A stretch of DNA of 57,306 nucleotides. It comes from a virus (Duplodnaviria > Caudoviricetes). The notes under the pieces were generated by a model, which worked only from the letters and a program-made list of their open reading frames with translations, searched no databases and had not been told where the DNA came from. Shown one piece after another: positions 40,560 through 49,701 of this stretch. The DNA is taken from IMG/VR virus record IMGVR_UViG_3300046534_001237, positions 1-57,306 of that record, one strand, 5' to 3'. Every line of letters begins with the position of its first letter. The first letter of the stretch is position 1. The position numbers and the translations under genes are program-made.

Positions 40560-42785
40560 TTACTTTGCTTCTAAACCGTAATTGGCCTTTTCGCCTTCAC
40601 GACGCTTCTCTGCCAACTCGGTATAAAATGCTTTAATACTCCAGTCAGTTTTATATTTACTAATGCCATGATCGCTTCTGATCTTCTCCATCGACACTTG
40701 AGAAGTCGCTGCGGCTTTAGTCAATTCAACTTCTCGGTGAATCATCGCTATTTGACGCTCACCTTCCATGATAGTCATTTTTTCAGTAGCTTGCATTTGT
40801 GCCTGCTCGCGTTGCCAGTCAATTTTCATCTGCTCAAGCTCTTTGGTCATCTGCATTTTTTGAGCTTCTGGATCAATCGGTGGGTTATCTTTAGCTTCTT
40901 TCTCGGCTGCAGTTGCATCGGCATCAGTACGCATAACGTCATCAACTGAGACTTGCATGCCTTTGGCCATGTTCTTGAGCACACCACGCACCTTGAGCTC
41001 TTCAGGTCCACCAGGCATGCCCATTGCTGCATTAATGAATTCTTGGATATTCCTGGCTTGCATCTCACGAACTAGTAAAACTGATGTCCCTCGCGCATCG
41101 ATAGAGTAATCACCCTTAATCTCATTCTTTTTATTGAACTGCATATTCCAGTCATAGATCTTAGTTAGGAATGGAACTGTAAGATCATCATCAAAGTGTT
41201 TGACTGCTCGACGCATCATAATGTTGTTTGAAGCCATCCATAGCGCCGTACCACCTAGCGTCTTGAGCATTGCTGGCTGTTGCGTATCGGGCGACTGAGA
41301 CGCCATGTTTGCTTGCGGTACACTAGTCTCTTCATCAGCTAGCCTATGTGCCATCTCGAAGATATTAGTTAGCTCTTGCTGATTTGAATTTATCTCGAAC
41401 GTACTAAAAACCTCACTTGCTTTGATCTTTGGATCTTTACCGGTAATCCACCAGACCTTTCTTGGTGATAATGTCCATTTACCATTGGCAGGCTCTACCA
41501 GTTCTTTATTAACTACGATTTGCGGCCCGGTAGATAAACCAGCATTATCAAGAACCATTCTCCAGCTGGCATTCATGACTTTTTGTGGGTCACGCATTCT
41601 GTATGGAACGCCAAAGCCGAATATACTAGTCTCGTCCTTTTCCCAGTTAACGACGTTGTAAGGCAGCTCATTTGAATCCAGGTGATTAAGGCCTACTTTA
41701 ATCACGATACCCATACATACCCACACTACGCCTTCATATTCTTCAAGCGGGTCATCTACATCCAAGCCTTTAGCGCCACTTGCAATTAAGTCAGATTTAT
41801 CGATAGGACCATGATATTCGAGAACTTCATAACGATTGTCATGAATTGCTTGGTTGATACCGTTTATCTCTCGAAGCTCATTCAAATAATTGATCTTTGC
41901 AGCACTGGCATTAGGCGGATTCATTAAGACTTTGGCTACTTGGTTTGGTAAGAAACCAGGTTGATCGGCCAGGTTACGAAGATCACGCTTAATCATCATG
42001 TGACGTTCAAAACAGAATTCAGCTTCGTTCCATTTGGTAGCTGACATATCAGGAAAGAAGTTCCACGGATCAACCGTTGAGGCTGTCGGCTTAAATTCCT
42101 TCTCGGTGTTCATTGCCCATTCTCCACCTTCACCCATTACCCAGGCTCTGTTTGTTCTAACCTCGACCATAGGGCCCTTGATAATTCCAGTGCCTAGGGT
42201 TACTGCGTTATGTATGATCTCGCGGCATGTAGCATTGAATCTAGCTTCGGTAAGTTGATCATCAATTTCATTCTCCATTAGCAGGGCAGCTTCAACAGCC
42301 TGCTTGAGAGTTTCTTCTGCTAGATCTTTTTTCTTTAATGGCTCGCCAGTAACCGAGTCAATCGGGACAGTGCCATCGGATAGTAGTAATTCTGTTTCAT
42401 CGGTTAGCGCTTTGGCTAGGCTGGGCACTGGTGTTGGCTTAATTCCCCAGTTTCTATCATCGGTGGGTAATACTAAATCACTCCATTTTGATTCAGCTGT
42501 ATTGGCTTTGGCTCTGGTTAGATTGACGAAGATACGGCTTTTTTTAGTCTTACCGTCTCCTTTGATATCCCTTTCTGTTTCGGCATCATAAACGCCATTG
42601 TAATGCCTGAGATCATCAAGCCATCGACGTTCGATTTGTTCTTTTAGTCCAACTTGCTTATCAAATTTAGTTTGTAAGCCTGTGCCGAACACCTGAATCT
42701 TTTCTTCCAACTGCATTGCAGCTTCTTCGGAATTGAGATTATCTTCAATCTCGTCTGTCATCTCGACAGTCGCATTTTCTTGCAT
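40560..42785 (-). CDS. Portal protein
   Basis: 741 aa; IERRWLDDLRHYNG, LGTGIIKGP, VDPWNFFPD and FGFGVPY; C-terminal coiled-coil barrel; upstream of scaffold and capsid. Confidence 0.88.
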   Translation of the reverse strand: MQENATVEMTDEIEDNLNSEEAAMQLEEKIQVFGTGLQTKFDKQVGLKEQIERRWLDDLRHYNGVYDAETERDIKGDGKTKKSRIFVNLTRAKANTAESKWSDLVLPTDDRNWGIKPTPVPSLAKALTDETELLLSDGTVPIDSVTGEPLKKKDLAEETLKQAVEAALLMENEIDDQLTEARFNATCREIIHNAVTLGTGIIKGPMVEVRTNRAWVMGEGGEWAMNTEKEFKPTASTVDPWNFFPDMSATKWNEAEFCFERHMMIKRDLRNLADQPGFLPNQVAKVLMNPPNASAAKINYLNELREINGINQAIHDNRYEVLEYHGPIDKSDLIASGAKGLDVDDPLEEYEGVVWVCMGIVIKVGLNHLDSNELPYNVVNWEKDETSIFGFGVPYRMRDPQKVMNASWRMVLDNAGLSTGPQIVVNKELVEPANGKWTLSPRKVWWITGKDPKIKASEVFSTFEINSNQQELTNIFEMAHRLADEETSVPQANMASQSPDTQQPAMLKTLGGTALWMASNNIMMRRAVKHFDDDLTVPFLTKIYDWNMQFNKKNEIKGDYSIDARGTSVLLVREMQARNIQEFINAAMGMPGGPEELKVRGVLKNMAKGMQVSVDDVMRTDADATAAEKEAKDNPPIDPEAQKMQMTKELEQMKIDWQREQAQMQATEKMTIMEGERQIAMIHREVELTKAAATSQVSMEKIRSDHGISKYKTDWSIKAFYTELAEKRREGEKANYGLEAK

Positions 42786-42820
42786 GGTTAGTTACCAGAG
42801 TAGATGAAACTTATGTGCGT

Positions 42821-42849
42821 AATATACGCCAGTCTCGAATTAAGGTAAA
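42821..42849 (-). promoter_or_regulatory. Possible promoter for the portal gene
   Basis: TTTACC-N17-TATATT. Confidence 0.4.
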
Positions 42850-42869
42850 TACTAGCTGATTTTGCCCTT

Positions 42870-43115
42870 CTATAGCGGCACATAGTTTAGAAGCTTATGG
42901 TCACCATCTGATAAATTATCTTCGGTAAGCAATGTAAAGCATGTGTCATTACCTAAATTCATCATGTGAGTGGTTTGGTGGCAATACCTATGTCCATCAA
43001 GCCATGGAAGAATACCATTATCTCTATGAGTCAGCCCAGTGCCTGCAAAGTGTTTCAATAGCATTTTACATCCACCACAACCTTTGCATTTAATAAACAG
43101 TCTATCGTCTGCCAT
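42870..43115 (-). CDS. Hypothetical protein with CxxC
   Basis: AAAGGTG RBS; CKGC. Confidence 0.6.
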   Translation of the reverse strand: MADDRLFIKCKGCGGCKMLLKHFAGTGLTHRDNGILPWLDGHRYCHQTTHMMNLGNDTCFTLLTEDNLSDGDHKLLNYVPL

Positions 43116-43146
43116 ATTGCTCACCTTTCTCGGTTAGTGCGCCCTG

Positions 43147-43350
43147 TTATGCGCTCAATTCGGATAAATTACAAACATATCTTTCCCCAGCACCGTTACC
43201 TTTGATTGGTGTAACGACAGCACAAGAACCTTGATTGTATATTTCAAGCAACACTACTTTCCTATTTCCCGATCTAGGGTTTTTTGTAGCACCTTCAAAC
43301 AACCAATTACAGCCATGCGGCAAGTGGATCACTTTATCTCCGATAATCAC
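43147..43350 (-). CDS. Hypothetical protein
   Basis: AGGAG RBS. Confidence 0.6.
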   Translation of the reverse strand: MIIGDKVIHLPHGCNWLFEGATKNPRSGNRKVVLLEIYNQGSCAVVTPIKGNGAGERYVCNLSELSA

Positions 43351-43395
43351 TTATGTCTCCTGTGATTGCGCCCTATGGTAGCGGCGCTGGTTAGA

Positions 43396-43590
43396 TTACT
43401 GTTTCATTCGGTCAGGGTTATCGTTACGGAAATCTTGGAATTCCTTAACACTGGCTCTAACCTTCGCTTTGCGGGTAGGATCGGTCACCAAAGTTAAGTA
43501 ATAAGCAATGACCGGCTCAGCAAGCAAGTCATCTCCACTTAGAACAAAATAAGGTGCTTCGTCTTTTTTTACTGCCTTTTTTCTAGCCAT
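43396..43590 (-). CDS. Hypothetical protein
   Basis: PYFVLSGDDLLA pattern of small phage proteins. Confidence 0.62.
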   Translation of the reverse strand: MARKKAVKKDEAPYFVLSGDDLLAEPVIAYYLTLVTDPTRKAKVRASVKEFQDFRNDNPDRMKQ

Positions 43591-43612
43591 GATCTTGTCT
43601 CGGTTATTGATT

Positions 43613-43642
43613 AAAAAAAAGCCCGGATCAACTCCGGGCTTT
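43613..43642 (-). terminator. Intrinsic terminator
   Basis: gcccgga-gttga-tccgggc followed by T8 on the minus strand. Confidence 0.85.
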
Positions 43643-43665
43643 CATATTGCTGTTTTGCTTAAGCC

Positions 43666-44007
43666 TTAGTGGCTATTGTATAACAGTCGCCTTTTACCTA
43701 TATTATGTCGGTGATCAAAGTAATGACCAGCATACGCGACAATCTTGTAGGGCGGCTTAGGCTTGGTCTTTGTAGTAGCAATTTCAATAAAATCTACAGC
43801 TCCTTCAGGTTTAATAAAGTGAAGATCAGAGCCACCACCGAGACTTACCGTTTTTAATTCGATTTGATTGCCGGTATCCATAACACTAAATTGACTGTCG
43901 GAATTACTCCAACCGATCTCCGTCGATACACTTGCCTGAGCTATACCCACAAACGCCATGCTAAATACTGCAATCATCCAAATTAAACTTCGGGTCAAAA
44001 TTTTCAT
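43666..44007 (-). CDS. Exported protein with a signal peptide
   Basis: MKILTRSLIWMIAVFSMAFVGIAQA|S (AxA cleavage site); GGAG RBS. Confidence 0.7.
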   Translation of the reverse strand: MKILTRSLIWMIAVFSMAFVGIAQASVSTEIGWSNSDSQFSVMDTGNQIELKTVSLGGGSDLHFIKPEGAVDFIEIATTKTKPKPPYKIVAYAGHYFDHRHNIGKRRLLYNSH

Positions 44008-44059
44008 GCTTACTCCGTCATTGGTTAACGATCAAACTCTAACTTACCTTTTACAAGGA

Positions 44060-44088
44060 ATTTTAGTATAGACCTATGATTGCTTCAA
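44060..44088 (-). promoter_or_regulatory. sigma70-like promoter
   Basis: TTGAAG-N17-TAAAAT. Confidence 0.6.
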
Positions 44089-44089
44089 A

Positions 44090-44818
44090 TCAAACGCCAT
44101 AGTCAACATCACTGTCTCTCAGACCTCGGTTAATAATTGGCTTTGTGATCATGAAGTCAGTACGACTTGATTCGATAACCAGATAGCGAGTGGCATCCAT
44201 CAAGTGATCATTGGCTTTAACTACGTGACCTTTTTCATCGCGTCGATAGATACGAAACTCAGCAAACCAGTTCTCTAATGACTTGAATACCCTGAGTCGA
44301 CCAGTAGAGAGTCTTTGCCACACGTCATAAAGACCAGCTTCAACAGCATTAATAGCTGGCTGGATCTCTAAGCCTAGATCAATGTAATTTCGCATTAGCT
44401 GCTCACCGTCCTTTTGACCTCTGCCCCTCGCTGCTGGGTCGATTCGGCCTGGTATCCACTTACCTCTAGCCTGAATGCCCGAGGCATGGATAACTGGCTC
44501 TGCTTGTCCCTTGTAATGTTCGGAATACAAGTAAAGAACGTCATTATCTCGATCTAGCGCACCAAATATCGCAGCTGTTTTATTCCAGCCAACATCAAAG
44601 CCATAACCTTTGGGCCAATGCTTAGGTAGCTGAAAGTCTGCAATGGCTATCTCTGACTCAGGTACCGGGTAGATAGCGCCAGCACCGAGTGAAGGAGTAC
44701 CTTTAGATCTAGCGTCACGCTGATACGGCGGGATTGAAGCGTAAAGAGCTTCTTTCTCTTTCTCGCCTAAATGTGGCACATCATCCCATCCAAGCATTGT
44801 TTGGTGTTTAGCCATCAT
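44090..44818 (-). CDS. terL: Terminase large subunit, C-terminal part (lid/linker and RNase H-like nuclease)
   Basis: WDDVPHL...RDARSKG.PSLGAGAIYP, GFDVGW, IDPAARGR and NDHLMDATRY. Confidence 0.9.
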   Translation of the reverse strand: MMAKHQTMLGWDDVPHLGEKEKEALYASIPPYQRDARSKGTPSLGAGAIYPVPESEIAIADFQLPKHWPKGYGFDVGWNKTAAIFGALDRDNDVLYLYSEHYKGQAEPVIHASGIQARGKWIPGRIDPAARGRGQKDGEQLMRNYIDLGLEIQPAINAVEAGLYDVWQRLSTGRLRVFKSLENWFAEFRIYRRDEKGHVVKANDHLMDATRYLVIESSRTDFMITKPIINRGLRDSDVDYGV

Positions 44819-45095
44819 TTAATTCCGCTATCTTAATGTTATCTTGTAATAACACCCACTTCATTCCCCGCCAACCACCAGCAAGCTCGACACCCGGTAC
44901 ACGCGCTAAAGTTAACTTATTTTTATTCAGAATAGTTTTTAGCCCTTCATTTATAGCCTTATCCCTACTCACTGAGCGAGGGCTTTTGATAGTTAAATTA
45001 CGCCATAACTCGAATTTATTTTTCTGTAATTTAATGTAAGGCTCAATCCACTCAAAAAGTGAGGCATCTTGCCGAATAAGCTGGTTTTCACTCAT
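44808..45095 (-). CDS. Hypothetical protein inserted between the terL halves
   Basis: ORF whose end overlaps the start of TerL-C. Confidence 0.65.
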   Translation of the reverse strand: MSENQLIRQDASLFEWIEPYIKLQKNKFELWRNLTIKSPRSVSRDKAINEGLKTILNKNKLTLARVPGVELAGGWRGMKWVLLQDNIKIAELNDG

Positions 45096-45100
45096 GATAC

Positions 45101-45358
45101 TTAGCGGCTCCTAGACAATGCGCTCAAGGCATTAACAAGCGCTTCAATCGGAAAGTCGCCACTGTGGTAAAGGCCATCAATTTTATTAAAGTAAACCACC
45201 TTAACTCTCACTCCTGCAACTGGATAATTACTGTAGATTTCAGTAATCACACACATATTACCTAGTATATCGATTTGCGATCCTACTGGGTAACTAATAA
45301 GATACGCATGCACTTCGAGTCGAACCTGCTTTAAAATCTCTCTTTCGTCCTCAGTCAT
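45101..45358 (-). CDS. Hypothetical protein inserted between the terL halves (weakly YodC/SH3-like)
   Basis: GGAG RBS; VKVVYFNKIDG...GDFPIEAL. Confidence 0.65.
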   Translation of the reverse strand: MTEDEREILKQVRLEVHAYLISYPVGSQIDILGNMCVITEIYSNYPVAGVRVKVVYFNKIDGLYHSGDFPIEALVNALSALSRSR

Positions 45359-45376
45359 AATATTTACTCCAGTTAA

Positions 45377-46087
45377 TTAAACCTCGGGCGCTTTTCCGCC
45401 TGGTAGAAATGATAGAACCACGTCAGAAAGTCCTGATAGTGGCGTGAACGTGTTTATAATAACTCCTTTCGTAGTCATCAATCGAAGTATCTCTTCTGCG
45501 TAAACGTCCATGCCGGGTTCTTCATCGTTCCATATCCAGTCTTTAGATGTTCCTTGGAATGATTTACGCTTCTGGTCATAGGTTTTAAGGCCGATGTAAC
45601 TTGTTCTGTTGCTGGGTTCATGCCTGACGTAAATATCCTTTACCGCATCAGGTACACCAGTTCGAGGTGTTGTTCGAATAATTGCATCAGCTGGTATCAT
45701 GCCAGTTCCCATATCTGATCTGGGACCAAGCAACTCAAGCTGGATGATGTCTCGAACCGTCTCACTCGTATCGCCAGCGCACCAACCGTTTGTTGGACCG
45801 TCAAATACTCTGCCTTCCCACCAGTCTGGATAGACACCTGTAGTCCAGCATTTAACGCAGTATGCGCCGGCAATCGTCTTACCGACCCGGTTACCTGCGA
45901 TTAGAGCCACTTCGCAGATATCATCTCGATCAAGATTAGTGTTACGAAAGAAATCCAAGTGCTTAGCGTAGAGCTCGCGGCGTAGTGGTCCTTCATCGGG
46001 AAACCATCGCAACCAAGCGCTACGGCTCTCTCGATAGATTCGCTCTTCCATGAGTTGTATGTATTGAATTTTTTCTTCGCGGGTCAT
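45377..46087 (-). CDS. terL: Terminase large subunit, N-terminal ATPase part (P22 gp2-like)
   Basis: Walker A AGNRVGKT, YPDWWEGR, FQG, Walker B WIWNDEE and coupling motif TFTP; ends FLPGGKAPEV*. Confidence 0.92.
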   Translation of the reverse strand: MTREEKIQYIQLMEERIYRESRSAWLRWFPDEGPLRRELYAKHLDFFRNTNLDRDDICEVALIAGNRVGKTIAGAYCVKCWTTGVYPDWWEGRVFDGPTNGWCAGDTSETVRDIIQLELLGPRSDMGTGMIPADAIIRTTPRTGVPDAVKDIYVRHEPSNRTSYIGLKTYDQKRKSFQGTSKDWIWNDEEPGMDVYAEEILRLMTTKGVIINTFTPLSGLSDVVLSFLPGGKAPEV

Positions 46088-46106
46088 GTTTCACTTTAAA
46101 CCAGTG

Positions 46107-46346
46107 TTATATTTTCAACGCTCGCTTAACAACTCTCTTCCATGCCGGTAATGTCTTTTCGCTAACATACTGCCTTCCATACGGATGTCCGTCGACAGCA
46201 GTAACAACAACCTCAACATTAACTACACAACCGCCGACATTGATCACAACTTCACACCAATGTTCCATAGATTCATCCATTAATACAATATCCATGGCGA
46301 GTTCTTCTAGGATAAGTGGCTTGCCTGAACCTTTTAAACCTTTCAT
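46107..46346 (-). CDS. Hypothetical protein
   Basis: ORF with a plausible RBS. Confidence 0.55.
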   Translation of the reverse strand: MKGLKGSGKPLILEELAMDIVLMDESMEHWCEVVINVGGCVVNVEVVVTAVDGHPYGRQYVSEKTLPAWKRVVKRALKI

Positions 46347-46406
46347 ATCAATCTCTAATTAAAAAAACTGCAACCAAACGGATAATACAACCTGTTGTTG
46401 CTGGGG

Positions 46407-46669
46407 TTAAGTTTCTAAACACTTTTCTAAATCCTTGCCCTTTTCCGCCTCAAACATTCTCACTAAATTCTCAACTTCGCGAACAGGAGTAAAGTCACCA
46501 GTATCAACAAAGTACCAATCTGAACCAGAAACCATATAGATTTGTTTAGTCTCAGTCTTTTTACACTGAAGAAACCCATCTTGTCTGTGACATCGACCGT
46601 AGCTTTAAAGCGCCAATTGAGGGCGTTCTTGCCGCATACACTTACCAGCTTGAAATTACTAATTTTCAT
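46407..46669 (-). pseudogene. Hypothetical gene with an apparent 1-nt frameshift in an A5 run (46558-46562)
   Basis: Adding one A gives ...FFSVKKTETKQIYMVSGSDWYFVDTGDFTPVREVENLVRMFEAEKGKDLEKCLET*. Confidence 0.55.
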
Positions 46670-46834
46670 TCTTTTCTCCTGTGATCATTATTCTATAAAC
46701 TGCAATCCAATCACCATCTTTTAATTTGTATCTACCGCAATCTTTGCATTCAAGAGTCAGTAATTTTCTCTTATAGTAAAGACTGACGTTACTGGTGTCT
46801 TTATGCTCGCACATTGAAACAAGGCTTAGATTAC

Positions 46835-47044
46835 TCATAATTCCTCCACATCGATGTTAACTCGATCAAATGGGCAACCAGGCTCGTCATAAACCCAGAC
46901 AACCAGCATCACTTTGAAATAATGTACATGCCCTTTCCAAAGCAATCGAACTTCATCACCCTCTCTAGGGACAGCAGAAACCATCTTCTTGATCATAACT
47001 TGATCATCTGAGTTATCGATAATATGAATTAAGATATTACTCAT
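46835..47044 (-). CDS. Hypothetical protein
   Basis: ATGA overlap with terS; VPREGDEV. Confidence 0.65.
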   Translation of the reverse strand: MSNILIHIIDNSDDQVMIKKMVSAVPREGDEVRLLWKGHVHYFKVMLVVWVYDEPGCPFDRVNIDVEEL

Positions 47045-47679
47045 AGCTTACCAACCTTTTGCTGAAGAATGATGATCTGAGCGTCAAGGTTACTATCGCT
47101 CGTATCCCTTAAATGCACCTCGCCACCTAAGTTAACATTGTCAGTGAACATGGCATGGTGCTTACCGATGAGCTCAAGCCGCTTAACACGGTCTGATAGC
47201 TTTATCTCGGTAACTACGCCATTGGGCACCTTCTGGCCATCTATGTATTCATGCTCCTGCTTCGTTTTAACACCTGTGACTAACCCAGTACGCCACACAA
47301 TCGGCCAATCGTGAATAGGTTTCAAACTGCCCAACTTATCGTATAAGTCAGCGATATCGGCAATAGCTTCGCCGTGTAGAGCTTTAAGGACCCACTCGGC
47401 ACTTGTCTCGACATTCTTCTCGCGATTATTCATAGCTTCGAAGATAGCCTGGACTACGTGAGGTTTCTGAAGGTTCTCGTAACCTATAGCAGATGCTGTC
47501 TTTTTACTATAACCCGCTCGAATAGCTGATTGAGTAGCATTGAAGTCGACCAGGTATTCTCTAACAAAAAGCCTTTGCTTTGGCATCAGCTTTTGATCTG
47601 TCGAAAGAGTGGTCTTTTTGACTGGCGATTTCTTTACCGGTGCCTTTTTAACGGCTGGTTTCTTATTTTTTTTTGGCAT
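47041..47679 (-). CDS. terS: Terminase small subunit
   Basis: KQRLFVREYLVDFNATQSAIRAGYSKKTA..IGYENL and RLELIGKH..MF. Confidence 0.93.
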   Translation of the reverse strand: MPKKNKKPAVKKAPVKKSPVKKTTLSTDQKLMPKQRLFVREYLVDFNATQSAIRAGYSKKTASAIGYENLQKPHVVQAIFEAMNNREKNVETSAEWVLKALHGEAIADIADLYDKLGSLKPIHDWPIVWRTGLVTGVKTKQEHEYIDGQKVPNGVVTEIKLSDRVKRLELIGKHHAMFTDNVNLGGEVHLRDTSDSNLDAQIIILQQKVGKL

Positions 47680-47684
47680 AGCTT

Positions 47685-47888
47685 TTAATTACCAATAAAC
47701 AGGTATTTACTAGTGGTTATTCCAATGTGTTTTCGGTCATCATCACTAGTGGTATAAATTGAGCGGTTTTCCTCATTAGGGGGAAAAACACCATAATCTG
47801 ATGACGAGTTAGTAACACAGACAACATCAATATCACCTTCCTTCCCATATATTTGAGCGAGGTCATTAATTAACTCACTTATTTTCAT
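47685..47888 (-). CDS. Hypothetical protein
   Basis: MKISELINDL...EGDIDV; GAGG RBS. Confidence 0.68.
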   Translation of the reverse strand: MKISELINDLAQIYGKEGDIDVVCVTNSSSDYGVFPPNEENRSIYTTSDDDRKHIGITTSKYLFIGN

Positions 47889-47922
47889 AGTATTACCTCT
47901 GCGGCCATTAAGGCGGCATTAC

Positions 47923-48138
47923 TTAATCGTTATCTTCATCTATGTCGACAACTGTGCGTAATATTTCAGCGCAGTTCATTCCAACCCTAGACCTGTCGAA
48001 CTCTCGCAGCTCACCAATCGTAGCTGATGTCTTGCCTTGCTTTTTTAAGTGAGCAGAAAACTCCCTGGCTAGATTAGCTACATGCCTACAGCTTGTGTCA
48101 GTTACAAAATCTTCTTCTTTTAAAACTTTATTAGTCAT
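47923..48138 (-). CDS. Hypothetical protein, tandem paralogue B
   Basis: Aligns with 48142-48351. Confidence 0.75.
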   Translation of the reverse strand: MTNKVLKEEDFVTDTSCRHVANLAREFSAHLKKQGKTSATIGELREFDRSRVGMNCAEILRTVVDIDEDND

Positions 48139-48141
48139 GAC

Positions 48142-48351
48142 TTACTCCTGCGGCCCTTTGGGCGGCGAATCTTCTTTAACTGAGGGTAGATCAAACCTAG
48201 CCTTATCAAATGCTCTCATCTCAGCCAGCGTAAACGTGTCTTTACCTTCGGCTTTTAGGTGCTCACCAAATTGCTTGGCAAGAGTCATTGCATATCTACA
48301 GCCTGCATCAGTTACAAAATCTTCGGCTTCTTTTAAAAATTTATCAGTCAT
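48142..48351 (-). CDS. Hypothetical protein, tandem paralogue A
   Basis: Aligns with 47923-48138; GGAG RBS. Confidence 0.75.
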   Translation of the reverse strand: MTDKFLKEAEDFVTDAGCRYAMTLAKQFGEHLKAEGKDTFTLAEMRAFDKARFDLPSVKEDSPPKGPQE

Positions 48352-48387
48352 TACTTACTCCAGCGGGTCTATTGACCGGCAATTTAA

Positions 48388-48549
48388 TTAATCTTCGCGC
48401 TCTACTCTGTTAACGTCCTCATGCTCATCATCGTAATTATCGATAGATATCCATTGAGAGATAATCACAATGCAAATTACCACAAGGACAGACAGGACAA
48501 TCAAGAGTATCCAGACCATTGACATTTCAGGACTATCGAAAGGGTTCAT
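48388..48549 (-). CDS. Small single-pass membrane protein (53 aa)
   Basis: ATGA overlap; VWILLIVLSVLVVICIVII followed by an acidic tail. Confidence 0.5.
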   Translation of the reverse strand: MNPFDSPEMSMVWILLIVLSVLVVICIVIISQWISIDNYDDEHEDVNRVERED

Positions 48550-48893
48550 TTGACTGGCTCCGGTAGGGCGTCAATAGCAATAATAAACTGCTCGATCGGG
48601 GTTTTTTCGGGGTCGTAGCACTTGGATATCTCTCTGCCATCGGCATTGAGAATTATCACGCCTTCATGATCGACATCATGCTCAATTATTACTTGGCAGT
48701 AGCCTTCGGCTGAACGCTCTTTAGCAACTTCAAATAACTTTGTGCACCGATGTTCAAGCATTGCTGCTCTTCGTTTAAGTACATCAATACAGTTATGAGC
48801 GCCGCTTTTGCCGTATATCCATTCGTGGCCACAATTCCCGCATACGGCTTTCTTGCCTTGCCTTGGATCTACATGATCAATGTGGCTAGGCAT
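48546..48893 (-). CDS. Hypothetical protein with a Cys/His motif
   Basis: CGNCGHEW...HNC. Confidence 0.68.
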   Translation of the reverse strand: MPSHIDHVDPRQGKKAVCGNCGHEWIYGKSGAHNCIDVLKRRAAMLEHRCTKLFEVAKERSAEGYCQVIIEHDVDHEGVIILNADGREISKCYDPEKTPIEQFIIAIDALPEPVK

Positions 48894-49203
48894 CGCTAAC
48901 GCCCTCGATCTCTTCTTTTGTTAAGAGTCGGCATGTATTACCACAATGATAATCATCAGGATCGTCATCATCATACATCTGACCTGTATAATCGCCAGAT
49001 TCATTCATTCCCATAAAAAAACAAATTGCACTCATTTTAAATTCGGGTCCAGATCCACTTATAACCACAGCCTGACCAAGCTTCGGCATGTATTTGGGCG
49101 GGAACGCGATATGCATGATGGTCGAGATTCTACGATTATCCAATCCTGTATCTAATGCTCTTAATCTTGCCTCTAAATCTATTTTTTGTATTGAATCTGA
49201 CAT
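48886..49203 (-). CDS. Hypothetical protein
   Basis: GGAGG RBS. Confidence 0.72.
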   Translation of the reverse strand: MSDSIQKIDLEARLRALDTGLDNRRISTIMHIAFPPKYMPKLGQAVVISGSGPEFKMSAICFFMGMNESGDYTGQMYDDDDPDDYHCGNTCRLLTKEEIEGVSDA

Positions 49204-49239
49204 TTACCGCCTCCAGGGGATAGTTATTCAGTTTCTAAC

Positions 49240-49701
49240 CTATTGATCTGTTTTTTTCAGTATCCTAATAGGTGGTTTCTTCATTGCTTCATCCACAAAG
49301 CAACCCATTTCATTTTCGATTACATTGATATCATCAGAGTAATCAGAGGTCAGAGTAAAGACCATACCCTCGATACCAATATCATTTCCGTCGATATCTT
49401 TACCGAAATTACCTTCGTCTTCAATATCAACCGTGTAAACCTTTGCTTTGATCATCGCGGTTCGGAATTTAATCTGCATCCTACGGCGAAGAACTTTCAG
49501 TTTTTTCTGCCTCTGCTTTGGGGTCATTTCTGACGCCTCTTTGAGACTTGCTAACATCGAATCGTAGTTTTCCCTCGTTACAACCTGCTCCCCTTCCGTT
49601 GGGTGGAATATGATCACCTCCGGTTCTTTATCAATAACGAGCAACTGATGGAGCTGTTTTCCAAGCTCATCATCAGTCACTTCATAAGTGGCACCTGACA
49701 T
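49240..49701 (-). CDS. Hypothetical protein
   Basis: TAATG-coupled ORF. Confidence 0.7.
   Translation of the reverse strand: MSGATYEVTDDELGKQLHQLLVIDKEPEVIIFHPTEGEQVVTRENYDSMLASLKEASEMTPKQRQKKLKVLRRRMQIKFRTAMIKAKVYTVDIEDEGNFGKDIDGNDIGIEGMVFTLTSDYSDDINVIENEMGCFVDEAMKKPPIRILKKTDQ

Noticed and set aside
12334-42591. Numerous plus-strand ORFs of 60-176 aa opposite the late genes (e.g. 18796-19266, 21071-21538, 22045-22482, 25614-26144)
   Set aside because: Antisense shadows of long real genes, with no RBS or recognisable motifs.
44795-45376. Split intein or group I intron joining the terL halves (HQ|T near the TerL-C start resembles an intein end)
   Set aside because: TerL-N has no appended intein domain, the HQT lies where ordinary terminase residues are expected before WDDVPHL, and the gap is fully occupied by two ORFs with neither HINT nor homing-endonuclease motifs.
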